Of a stretch of 64,000 bases of DNA, positions 51,560 through 63,882 are shown piece by piece (within the stretch, counting starts at the first letter, position 1; each line of letters opens with the position of its first letter). Origin of the DNA: Dimorphilus gyrociliatus (lineage: Eukaryota; Animalia; Annelida); the NCBI GenBank assembly GCA_904063045.1, contig CAJFCJ010000025.1, positions 62,001-126,000 of the forward strand, given 5' to 3'. The notes beneath the pieces are model-generated. The model ran no database searches, was not told the DNA's origin, and saw only the letters and a program-made list of their open reading frames with translations. The position numbers and the translations under genes were made by a program.

Positions 51560-52800
51560 TTATTCATTTTCAGTTTGTTCTGTGCTATTCTCTTTATTAT
51601 CCTCCTCGGAAAATGAACGCAACAATTTAACTCTTTGACGCACCTCTTCAACTCTTTTGTCCTGTAAATTATTTACACATTTAATAATAATTTAATCCAT
51701 GAAAAAATTAAAAATTTGCTTACATGATCACGTAGTTTATCCAACATTTGCTGAACCAAATTATTCTTATTCTGTAAAACTTCGTTCATCTTTAGAATCA
51801 TCTTTTCTTTTTTTTCCTGTTCAACGGATTGACTCGTTTCCAATACTTCTTGAACATGTTTTTCCTATTTATTAAGAAATAAAAGTAAATTAAATACATC
51901 TGCTTATTATTCAAACATTTATTAAGCTTATACTAAATTACGTACATGTTCCTTTAATCTATCCAACATATTTTTCATTTGGCTCTTTCGATTTTCATCA
52001 GAAACTTCCAATTTCTTTTCAATACGCTCCGCCAATTCTTTTGTGTATTTTTCGGATGCTTGTCGCACATCCTCAACTTTCTTTATCTAAACAAAAGCAA
52101 ATTGATACGGATTGCGTAATATTATCAGTAATTTTATCAATAAAGATAACAACTTACTCTCTCTCTTAGTTTGTTTTGTAGAGCTAATATTTGGGCATTT
52201 CTGTTTTCTTCCAGAGCGCCCATTTTTGCTTCCAATGTCCTTTGAGTTTCGGCTTGAAAAGAATTGTTCAACTCTTGAACCTTTTCTCTCGCCTCTTCTC
52301 CGCGTTCTTGTAATTTTTGAATTTTCTTCAATTTCTCAGCCTCAACGGATTTTCTTCTATCAGCAGCATCCAAAAGTTTCCTCTTGATCTCTTCCTGAGA
52401 CAAAGGTCGCGGAGAAGACTTTGGCGTCTTTCTAGGTCCATTCGGCGTAGCCGGTTTTAAAATAACCTCAAAGGCAATATTCTCTCCATTTTGACCTAAA
52501 AGAAGGAGAGAAATTATTAAATATTGAATTAAAAAAAAACAAAAAAAAATTTGTGAACAAAACTTTCGAGAAAACTTAAAAAAAACACAATTTTTTTAAA
52601 AACTTGACTATATTATCGCTTTAAACTTACTAGTCATAAAGCTAGTTACACATTTTTCATAAGAGAATACATCTATTTTTCAGAGAATATTGTTTACAGG
52701 TCGAATAACGTTCATTTTTTTTTTTCAACGTCAGATCCTATTTCAAGTTTTTGAATATTTCCTACTTACCATTTTTTTCATTCAATACGTTGGCTGCCAT
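51560..52800 (-). CDS. stathmin: Stathmin family protein with extra tubulin-binding repeats, ~250 aa
   Basis: Exons 52770-52800, 52158-52495 (IAFEVILKP...LSQEEIKRKLLDAADRRKS...ENRNAQ...KLRER), 51946-52086, 51724-51864 and 51560-51661 join in frame (753 nt). A possible 15-aa N-terminal extension uses 52902-52921 and 52801-52825. Confidence 0.9.
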
Positions 52801-53685
52801 TACTTCAGACTGTGGAGCAATTGAACTAAAAAATTCATTTATATTAGTTTAATATGATAAAAATCAACTTTTAATTAAGATTTAACTGAAATAAAAAAAA
52901 CTTATGGCCTCGATCAGACATGATGGCTGATGGCGGTTAGGGGAAAAGTTACTTAAATATTAGTTTGCAACGACTTTTTATTACAATAATCGATAAGAAC
53001 AAGTCCTACATAAATATTTATAAAGTATATTATAAAAAGGAGGATAATTATTAAGTTAATTCTGTACAAAACTAACCTTAATCGTTGAACAACGTTTATC
53101 TAGTCCAAAATGGGCGCGATCTAGTCACGTGATACAAGTTCAGCATCAAATTTTACTAAATTATTTATTTTTTGTTTAATTTTAACTAAACAGTAATTAA
53201 GAAAAGCATAATAAATAAAAGATTTTTTATTATATAATTCAAATATGTCTTGAACAAAGTTGTTGCAAAACTATTTCTATAAATTACAAAAATATCAGTT
53301 ATTGAGAAATATATTTACATATTGAGTAATTCAAATTTATCTTTTATGTTTGTTATGTTCTTCTTATCTTTGCTGAAATTATCGACGATATCCTGTACTT
53401 TAAAAAGATAAACAACAATAAAAAATATGAAATACAAGTTTTAGATTTAATTTTTTGTGTCTTATTTATTGGCCAATAATTAACTTGTACATAATTTATT
53501 GAACAATAAGTATACGTTACACTTACATTTTAAAAGAATACTATCAAAACTTAAACGAATAGATCATATGATGAGATCAGCATACAAATTAAACAAGATT
53601 AATTGTTAAGTGCATAACTTTAGAACTATATTACACTTGTCTTCAATTAGATGATATACTTTATTGCGTACTTCAATAAAAAGTA

Positions 53686-55388
53686 TTATTTGAACCACCG
53701 TCTTCTTGCGTCCGATTGGCTATTCCAACTTTCTTTCTTATCATTTCCACTTTCAAGACTTGTTGGTCCCCTCTTCAAGTTTCTCGTTAATGTCTTAACA
53801 GATCTAGATTTAGATGTACTTCTACTTTTTGATCCGTATTTGAAGCTATTATTCGTGAGAGTCACGGATCCCCTTTTTAGTTTACATGGAGATTTAGATT
53901 TGGATCTAGACCTGGATCTGGATCTACATTTTCTGCTCTTTGATCGATATTTGAAGCTTTCTCTCGAGTAAATAGAAGACCCATATCTTCGCTTATATTG
54001 AGAACTAGATTTGGACCTAGATCTAGATCTACTTCTACATTTTGAATCATATTTGGAACTATCTTTCACAGACTCCCTTTTTGGCTTGCGTTGAGATTTA
54101 GATCTGGACCTAGATTTGGACCTAGATCTGGATCTAGATCTGAATCTACTTCTACGTTTTGATTTATATTTGGAGCTATCTTTTGTGCATGTCACAGACT
54201 CCCTTTTGGGCTTGCGATGAGAACTAGATTTGGACCTAGATTTGGACCTAGATCTGGATCTACTTCTACGTTTTGATTTATATTTGGAACTGTCTTTTGT
54301 GCATGTCATAGACTCCCTTTTGGGCTTGCGATGAGAACTAGATTTGGACCTAGATTTGGACCTAGATCTGGATCTACTTCTACGTTTTGATTTATATTTG
54401 GAACTGTCTTTTGTGCATGTCATAGACTCCCTTTTGGGCTTGCGATGAGAACTAGATTTGGACCTAGATTTGGACCTAGATCTGGATCTACTTCTACGTT
54501 TTGATTTATATTTGAAGCTATCTTTCACAGACTCCCTTTTGGGCTTGCGTTGAGATTTAGATCTGGACCTAGAGTTGGATCTAGATTTGGCTCTAGATCT
54601 AGATTTGCTTCTACTTTTTAATTCATATTTAGAGCTATCTTTCGTGCAAGTAGCTGATCGGTACCTTCGATTATGTGGAGACCTAGATCTGGACCTAGAT
54701 CTGGATCTACGTCTTCTACTTCTCGATCCATGTTTAAAGCTGTCTTCCATGCAAGTAGCAGATCCGTGCCTTTGCTTATATTGAGATCTAGATCTGGATT
54801 TACTCCGACATTTCGATTCATTATTTAAGCTGTCCTTCGTGCAAACCGCAGACTCTTTGGGTTGAGATTTAGATTTGGATCTAGATCTACTTCTGCTTTT
54901 TGGTTCACATCTGAAACTATCCTGCGGCTGTGCTGTACATCTTTGTTTTTTATTATCTTCAGACCTAGATCTAGATTTTGAACTAGAGCGAGATAAGAAT
55001 CGAGATCTAGATTTTGACTCTTCGCTTAATCTCCAATGGGAAACTTGATTTGGTTCCTCGGCTGGAGATTTCAGCTGGGATTTGTTCAGCTCAAGAGATC
55101 TGTCTCCTGAACTAGAGGGGACCACGTCGAACACTTTCCAATCATCAATATCTGGTCTAAGACAACAAATAAACATAAGATTATCACTAAATAGATTAAC
55201 AATATATGAAATTACGTTAAAGAATTTCTTTCTAGCCTTTTACAATCTTCTTTTCGGCTTGACCACGGCGTTATAGGACTCGAATTTTCGGCAGCTTTAA
55301 CCAAAACTTGGTTGTTTGCAATCACCAATGAGAGAAACGCTTCGATTTCTTGATGAAAGAGAGATATATTTTCAGGTTGTTCAATCAT
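53686..55388 (-). CDS. Arg/Ser/Lys-rich, Cys-containing repeat protein, ~547 aa; no RRM or other known domain recognised
   Basis: Exon 55216-55388 (MIEQPENISLF...RNSLT) splices in phase 2 to exon 53686-55156, which is the ORF 53686-55176 frame. RS/KS dipeptide tracts are separated by recurrent [A/M/V]TCTKDS spacers. Confidence 0.75.
54061..54570 (-). repeat. Coding tandem repeat with a 114-bp (38 aa) unit, ~3 copies, plus a related block 459 bp apart
   Basis: GCATGTCA recurs at 54187, 54301 and 54415; ATCTTTCACAGACTCCC recurs at 54061 and 54520. Confidence 0.92.
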
Positions 55389-56216
55389 TTTCCTGCTAGT
55401 ATAACCAAAAAATAAACGACGACTTTCTTAGAAACAAAGATGAAACACACGACGGACGAGAGTGGCAAGGATTAGAAATGTATGCTACAGATAACTGTAT
55501 ACAAATTTTAAAAGTTCATATATAACAATGTGTAATAAAAACTGTTATACTAGAATTTTAAAAGCAAGCTATTTTTTTAGTAGTTTCAAAACAATGGTGG
55601 AAATTGACCTAATTAAATGAGAAACACGTGTAACTAAATATTGTATGTAGAATTTTATAATCTACTTCTTTATACTGCGTCTAAAAAAAGCAATAATTCA
55701 TAATAATTTCAATATTGAATTTACATAGCAAAAACCGTCTAATAAATTTTTCAATTAATAATTTTGATAACAATTATTTACTCTTTAGAAGAAGTAATCT
55801 TTCTTATTAAACAATGCATTGAAAATGAGATATTTGCATATAAAAACCATGTTATATAAGTATATGTTTATAAGAAAAGTTATCCCTTACCTTTCGTATA
55901 CATAAGAGTTGAATGTAAATGTCCAATCAGGAAATATCGTTTTCGCATTATTTAAAAATTTTGATAAAAACTTTCTCTTAATCTAATAATAAATTAAAAA
56001 AAATTTATTCCAATATAAGACAAATGTTTGAAAACATTTGCGAAAAAAACAAAAAAAAAACAATATTATATTTTATCTTTCGTAAATGGAGGGGTGTAAA
56101 TGGGGAGGAGAGAAAATGAGTAGGGGCGGAGGTAGTGGGTTACCTAAAAAAAACTTAGTGATTAATTAAAATACTAAAAAGGATTTTAATAAATACGTTT
56201 AGTGTTTCAGTATCTT

Positions 56217-56623
56217 TCAAACTATTGAAAAGTTACTACTATACTGATTTATAGTGTTTAGAAGTCTTTTCTCAAGATCTTTTGCTCCTGTTTCTTCACT
56301 AATCTTTATTCCATTCTTGTAAAAGATTAGTGTTGGAAGATTAGAAATTCCATGATCAACTCCCAAATCACTTCTACCAACGTCTATTTTCCCAAAGACA
56401 ACATTATTCATTTCCTGACTCAATTTATATATTACTTTTTCAATTTCTGAACAAGTTTTACACCAATCCGCGTAATAATCGATAACAACAAGTTTGTTTT
56501 CAGCATGTTTTAAGATATAATTAAATTCTTCCTGATTAAAAATAAATAAGGAAAATATATAGGAAAATAATATATTCTATTTGTTCAATTTACCTCTGTA
56601 TCAATAAGCTTAATCGAACTCAT
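56217..56623 (-). CDS. Thioredoxin-like protein with atypical WCKTC active site, 114 aa
   Basis: Exons 56594-56623 and 56217-56531: ...KLVVIDYYADWCKTC...VVFGKIDV...NLPTLIFYKNG..., a Trx fold with the cis-Pro motif retained. Confidence 0.88.
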
Positions 56624-56768
56624 TTTTTAGTCTTTTCACTAGAATTTAAATTATATTTATGACGAAATTTTTAACTAAACATAAAGAATGTATCTTTAAT
56701 AATTTTTCATTACTGTTGTATTAAAGCAGGAGTAACACATTTTAGAAAAAAATGACATAGCTCTTATC

Positions 56769-57884
56769 TTACATATAAAGAGTTTCATATTCAGTATGCA
56801 GTTCGTCGTATTTTAAAGTTTCTTCATTCGGTTTATCCAATGCAACATCTTTAAACGGCGTTGAACTAAGAATGTCTTTAAACATTGATATTGTTTGTCT
56901 ATCAACTTTTTTACTGTCCGTATAGCATACGTACATTACAGCGGCAACTTTGAAAACTTCACAATAGCTCATTATTTGAGCTGATAAACCCGTAACCATA
57001 TTTGGTTGTTCTAAATAAGGACATGCCGGAGTACCTCTGAATTTAGTTGTTTTCAAAGCCCTAAGGAAGGGAGTTGGAACATCACCAGGTGGTAATTGAC
57101 TTTTATAGTCAGTCACCGGATTTGTGCATAAGACCGCCGCGTAGACATTTGTAACATTCATTTTATCCATTAGATTGTGGGTCCATGAATACGACTGTTC
57201 GGGTGATACGTCGGTGTTACAAAGCGCAAGTATAACTTCCGGTCTAGAAGCTAAACGATAAATGTAGCAAGTTTTGTCAGTCACTGCATTCTGTGACAAG
57301 GAATTAATATCGTTTGATTTCAATCCAGTACAAATAACTCCAACTTTAGGCGACTTCGGCTCCAAAACATACGTACGTACAAAAGCTGTAAAGATATATT
57401 GAGATTGTAGGCAAAATCTTTTAAGCTGAGCTTATTCATATTCAACTAAAAGTTTATACAATACTTTTTCAACTTAGTATTTTATGGGAGTTTTGTTCAT
57501 TGTATTGTAATATAAGTAGCTTAATTTAGTAAGAAACAAACGTAATGCAAAAGAGTTGAATTCTCTAACAAACTTGTTATAGGTTATTAGAAAAAAGTTT
57601 TAAACAAAAATTAAAACTTTAGACTTTCGATATTTTATCTTATTTTAGGAAAAAGTAAGAAATATACCTGTAGCCGCTGGTCCGATAGCTGCAATTAGAA
57701 TAGAACACTGTAGACAATTTTGAGTATTATCTTCTATTTCTTGTCTAACTGCTGGTGACCATCTAATAACGGCTTCGAAGTTAGAAGCTGGCACTTCTTC
57801 TTCGTCGCTATCTTCATCATCGTCGTAGTCATAGTCAAAAGCTCGGGATTCAACCGGCAAAATCTCACCAAAGAATGTTGCCAT
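56769..57884 (-). CDS. PSMG1: Proteasome assembly chaperone 1, 277 aa
   Basis: Exons 57668-57884 (MATFFGEILPVESRAFD...acidic tract) and 56769-57385 (PEQSYSW, FLRALKT, CPYLEQPNMVTGLSAQIMSYC, ETLYM*) join in frame (834 nt). Confidence 0.92.
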
Positions 57885-58039
57885 GATTATGAGCGATAAT
57901 GGGCAAATTTTAAGAAATACAATTGATTATTTTTCGTAAAATTAAGTAATATTGTTCACCATATTTCTAATATTTTAAATATAAAAATTGTTATAGAAAC
58001 TTCTTTTTACGTAAATAAATTAGAATGTATCTCTTTGTA

Positions 58040-58053
58040 GCGCCCCCTGCTTC
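58040..58053 (-). promoter_or_regulatory. CTCF-like motif GCGCCCCCTGCTTC in the PSMG1/RBM12-like divergent promoter
   Basis: The first 12 bases match the CTCF reverse consensus GCGCCCCCTGCTGG; the site lies between head-to-head genes. Confidence 0.55.
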
Positions 58054-58855
58054 TTGTAGAGCTGAAGGTATAAGTATTTTCCTCAATATTATGTCTTATA
58101 ACTGTGATCGTGGTTAAAATTTAGTAAACTTACAAATTGTGTAGTAACAAGAAACATTTAATCTCTATGTAAAACTATCTTTGATACTTAAACTACAGGT
58201 TGTCTGAGGAACAACAATGTCAACCAAATAATTTCCTGTGGAAACAGGGATGTCAACATCAACACTCGGAACATATTAGAACAACGACGGTAAAGCAACA
58301 AGGTAATGTCATTCATTATTAAATTTAGGTATTAAACTTACTAAATCATATTTTGATACATTAAAAATACTTTATTAGAGATGTTTAAAGATGTCAAAAA
58401 ATCATTTTCTATACACTTGTAAACAAAACTCCTTAACGTATGTTTTACATTTTGACAAAAGACAAACGGCTATGTAAAAAAAAAAAGAAAGAAATTTTTA
58501 TAAAAAATATATAATATGTTTAAAGGAGGAAAAAAAAAAGACTATTTTCTTTCGGTTAATAATAGTAATATTAATTTGCAGGCTATCCAAACAACATATA
58601 CAGTATATACTGTATATATAATATATATAGACTTATAAATACTATAAATAAGTTTAAACTTTAAAACTAGCTTAGTATCTAGTCTTTCCTTTTTTTTATT
58701 TAAAGTAATTTAAAACTATTTGCTAATTGTAAAATAAACACTTTATCTTTTGTTTTTGGTATTATTTTCATCATTTACAAATTCTATGCATTCAATATAA
58801 AAAGGGAAAAAGTAGTTATTATTTATTTAATATACAATCTATTTTTCTTTGCAGG

Positions 58856-60961
58856 ATGCCAATTTTTTTAAGACTACAAAATTTGTCATGGAATGCCACT
58901 GCTTTGGATATCAGAAAGTTTTTTCATGGTCTGTCTATACCAGAGGCTGGCGTTCATATTGTAGGCGGAAAAGACGCTGTCGCTTTCATAGGTATTTATA
59001 TAACGAAATTTGCTCTTCTTTCACCTTCCCTTTATCTTATAAATATAACTCTCCGTCTTCGAGTTTTCTATGTTTCTTTCTGTTTATCTTTATGCTAATA
59101 GAATACTTTTTTAGTGTTGACATTATTGAAATCTTTTTCTTGCTTGAGATGATCTTTAAGATTCAGATCATTCCCTGACAATTAGATTATTTTACTCGAA
59201 CTTCTTTATTATTAAAGCTTTCTCAACTGATGATGATGCCAGAATAGCCATGAAAAAGGATGGCTATATGATATGTGATTCTCGAATTAGACTTATGTTA
59301 TCGTCAAAAGCTGAAATGCAAAAAGTTATTACTAGAGAACGAACACAAGTTGTTGCTGATGATCAAGAGACCATACCCGTAATGAGAAATACGGGAGATA
59401 AAAGAATACCCCAAATAATCTATGATCCTCCGAGACGAGTAGTTAATCAGAAAAAGTCTTCGTATCGAGAGAGTAACAGTAGCATTCCAAAGCATATCTC
59501 GAAAAATCGTTCATTCAAAACAGTATTTAATGGTATGTATTTTATTAATTAACTATTTTGCTTATGGATATTGGTACATACTAAACAAAATAATTAATAA
59601 TAGGCATATTAAGTGATTGCAAACATTTCCCAGATTCTTGGGAGTCAAGACAGTTGGAAAAAAGTGCTTATTATAGCAAAGATCAAGACTCTCCAGTAGA
59701 CAGGAGAAACGTTAGTCCAGTGGAACTTTCATATCAGACAGGTGAAGAGAGCTATTACTCACGTAAGAGACAGTCGCATTATTTACAAGATTACGAGACC
59801 AGCTCACAAAAAAATTATGCTTTTGATCATGATCCATCCAGGAAAAGGTGGAGGGAAACATCCGATTCATTATGGATGGATCCATATGATGATGTAGCCT
59901 CGTATGTCAGAATGAGTAGATTTATCCCCGAAGTGAATATTTTCGAAATTCAAAATTTTTTTATGGATATTGGTATACGTTTGCATAAAGAAAATATTAA
60001 AATGTTGAGCGATGAGTGGGGTAATCCGATAGGGGAATGTCTAATAGAGTTCCCAAATAAGAAGCTTAGCTTTAAAGCTGTTGAATATTCTGGCTGTTAT
60101 TTTGGAAAGGATAAGGTGAAGATATCCTTTTCAGACTATTCATATTTTAAACATGCTGTAGAGTACGATACAAATTACTATTGTGGTGATAGGGGTAGTT
60201 CAGAATCGCAATTTGAAACTTACGAACAAGAGAAGGAAGAACACGAAGAAGTGGATGGTAGGTATGCAAAACATTGGCATTATCATGACGATTATGAAGA
60301 AGAAAAGAGCAGTGAGGATGTATTTGAGGAGATAAAAGATAAGATAATAATGATTAAAGATGCTCCTTATAAATGCCTTAATAGACCAGATATTTATAAG
60401 TTATTTCCGAAAGCAAGATTGAAACAAATCTATTTTGAATATGATGGATTCGGTAAAGTAAATGGAAATATATATGTTGAATTTGAAAATTACTATAATT
60501 ATATAGATGCACTAAAGAGAAATAATTACTTGTTGAAAAATAAGCCTATTAAATTGATTTCAATTTCAAACGAAGAGATTGTATCACGTATCCAAACTCA
60601 TCAAGAACTAATAAAGAAGCAAAAGAAAGCAAAATATGCAATTGGACCTTATAAGGAGTTTTGTAGAACCCCTACACGTATTGAGCATGTTGAACCAACA
60701 TCCGACAATGTAACTCGTATAAAAGTAATAGATGTATCACAAGAAGCCTCTTTAAGAGATCTAATCAAATTTGCTATGTGTCATAGTCCAATAGAGCAAT
60801 TTTCGACAATGATTGAAAAGAGAACATCGAATGATATATATCTAGCATTTGCAACAAAATCCGAAGCAGTGAACTTTATTCAAGATTTTAAAGGAAAGAA
60901 GTTATTTTTTGGAAAATTAATTGATTGCAATCTAGTTATAAATGACAATAAAGAAGACTGA
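58856..60961 (+). CDS. RBM12: RBM12/RBM12B-like quasi-RRM RNA-binding protein, ~592 aa
   Basis: Exons 58856-58991 (LRLQNLSWNATALDIRKFFHGLSIPEAGVHIVGG), 59218-59532 (AFSTDDDARIAM...LMLSSKAEMQKVI) and 59634-60961 (further qRRMs) join in frame (1779 nt). Probable 5' UTR exons end at ~58067 and lie at 58199-58301. Confidence 0.85.
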
Positions 60962-62520
60962 TAACGATAAAGAATAATTGTAAAGATATAAAGCAAAAAT
61001 TGACATATCAGAAGAAAGAGAAACTTGAAGACAGAGTTTTTTTTTTTATATATTTTTATATATATTTGTTCATTGGAAGAAAGAAAACATAGATCATTTG
61101 AAGACAATTCATTTTTTTTCTCTTTAAATGTTCTATTACAAACAATAATTCTAAAATACTGAAGATGAACAATAGTAGAGTGAGGCAATATGCAGAATAT
61201 ATAACTGTATATAATACTATAGCTGACTGTTCAAGAATCTGAACATAAAAGATATGATTTGTCAGTTTTTTTTACATCTATAATATAGAATTTTAAAATT
61301 GAACGGGACAATTTTTTCCGTTCTTTAATCGTTAAATTGTGATTTTTATTATAAGCAGATAGTTCTTGAATAACAACTAGTAACTTCAATTTATATTATT
61401 CGTATTATTTCCAATATATAATATTACGTAAATACGATAAAATTAACAAACTGTTTTACATTTCACTCTTGTAGAACGAGAGATGAAATTTTATAATTTT
61501 GTTCTATTTATTCATTTAAAAGTTAACGTTATTTATATACTTTATTCTATAAATAAATAGAGTTAATGAGGAGGATATTCGAATGACATGCACGGAAATA
61601 TTGTATTGTTAGTCCCTTTCTTTTGTTCCATACTTTTATAATTCTTAACTTTTGCACCGACAGATTTTAACAATAGATTATTATTATTAAAAATATAAGA
61701 GTTTTTGCCTTTTATTTCATTTATATTAAGAACATTTGGGTTTATTATTTGGATATGTTTTTCCATATTGTTTCTTACTTTTTCTTTTTATTCTTTTAAT
61801 GGATAAAATCCATACAAACACTTTATACTAATTAGTAACCATTTCTATTACAGAAGTCAACCTTAGCTCTGTAAAACTTGCAGAGGGCGTTACCATAAGA
61901 TCGGAAAAGAAGATCTGTTAAAACTTGGGAACAGCAATAGGTTATTGTGTGTTCAAAGCGTGGCATTAAAATCGAGTACGCCACTGCGTAATGCTGATGG
62001 AAAGTCACTTCTTATGGATTACGCTGCGCGTGGAACCCATGTTATGTTACTATTTTATGTTATGTGCTAATCCAGAAGCCCAGGCGAATTAAGAAGAAAC
62101 ACAATTCAGAAAAATTCAAAATATTGTATATGTACAAAACAAACTTACTATATGCGATTTTACCTTCATAAGTTTTCTTGTTAATGTAAGACAAACAATG
62201 TAAAAGATTTTGCGTCGTTACCTGCAATATACAATTAAAGGTAAATTAATTGTATATAAATAATGGCAGCTACAATCTAGTACGTCATTTATCCATAGCA
62301 GATAAAAACAGTAGTGATAAACGGTAATAATGCGGCAGATATTTTTCATTGAATAATCTAAAAACAAAACAAACACACAGCTAAAATGTAAACAAAATTT
62401 TTTGTCAGTACTGGAAGTCAACTTTATTGATTTTATGTAATTTTTATCAATATTATTTTGGTTTGTTTAATATGCTAATTGTTTTTTTTCTCATATTTTA
62501 AGTCCTTATTATTACTCTTA

Positions 62521-62590
62521 ACTAGTACTACAGCGACAACTACTATTACTACTACTACAACCACTACTACTACTATTATTATTATAATTA
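62521..62590. repeat. Imperfect (ACT)n/(ATT)n trinucleotide tract
   Basis: Seen directly. Confidence 0.8.
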
Positions 62591-63257
62591 TTGATGATAT
62601 TAAATTATTAAATTATCACTATTATTTGCATATTCAAATTATGTAAGACTATTACGCAAAAAAGGGCAAAAAAAGTGAAAATTTTACCTTAAAATATGAA
62701 AAAAAAGGAAACGAAAAATTCTTTTTCTTTCAATGTTGTTTGTAAATTACTTTTTAATTGAATATATACAGAATATATACTGTATATATTTTCGTTTTCC
62801 TGTTTTGTCAAGTTGGAAGTTTTACGTCGTAGTAACGTTTGTCATCCGTGTTTGCGAATATCATACGAATTACAAGTGTTTTAATCGTAATTTTAAAACA
62901 AATTCAATGTTTGATAAAACTTAAAAAATGTTTAATTATAAAAGAAATATGAAAGTAAATATTATAATAAATGTTGTGTTTTTCTTCATATATAAATCTA
63001 TATATAAAGGGAAAATGCAATAAATACAAAGTCCTTTAAACTGACGTTATTCTTCAGTTTTAAGGAAACAAAAAAAAACTTATTTCTTCTTTCGCTTTTC
63101 GTCAAATATTTTACGAAGATATTCCAATCTTTACCCTGATTACGGGGAAAAAACAGTCATTTTATTGGAGATAAACAAATTGAAACCGAAGAAGGAGAAA
63201 GGATATAGATAATTTGTAAGTTGAAGAAAGCTTGTTCTAAACACTTTTAATTGTTAT

Positions 63258-63882
63258 TTAAAGAAGGACGAAATCTTCAAAATGATTGTCCCGAGAATTT
63301 CGATTTATTGATAATGCCTGTGCTGGTGTTGATTCTTTATCAATTATTGAAAAAACGGGATATTTCATCGGCGGTGTTGAGTCATTCCGTCTTTCTTTAG
63401 TGATACAATACTAAAAGTATAAAAATTATTCATAATTAATAATAATAAACAAACATGAAGAATTTAAATTCTTTTACAAACCTTTTGAATATTCTCCCGT
63501 AACTCGCTTAGGTGCTGTCGACTTTTGCAGATAAAACATATTGTACAACTTGGATCTAGTTTTCCGAAAGACATTTTTCTGGGCTCCCGGCAATGAAAAG
63601 TTTCAATAGATGTCATTTCATCTTTTAAATTAACTGATTCTTGACATAAATGAGGATCCAAATATATAAATTCATCTTCTTGACTACCACAAACCCAAAC
63701 GGAATGTCTAGGCTTTCCACCTAACACACCAGCACATCCGTCAAATGACAATATACCTTTTAAACATTCTGCATAGTCTCTATTTAATTTTTCACCCCCT
63801 AATCGAACAGGAATTAGAATTAAAACACTTTTCCAATTTCCCTCTCCATCCATTGCTAATTTCTCAACATCTTTCATAAAAA
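63258..63882 (-). CDS. ATG4: ATG4 cysteine protease, ATG4C/D type; last two exons (5' end outside the window)
   Basis: Exon 63482-63882 (ILIPVRLGGE, GGKPRHS, YLDPH, FHCREPRKM..LDPSC) and exon 63258-63410 ending in the LIR-like HFEDFVLL*. Confidence 0.93.

Noticed and set aside
53651-54821. DLDLDL antisense ORFs
   Set aside because: Explained by the palindromic AGATCT codons of the RS protein.
58596-58617. Recurrent TACTGTA/TACAGTA motif, including a 22-bp palindrome here and a near-palindrome at ~29453-29477
   Set aside because: I counted ~20 occurrences against a rough expectation of ~15; mostly variants inside TA microsatellites.
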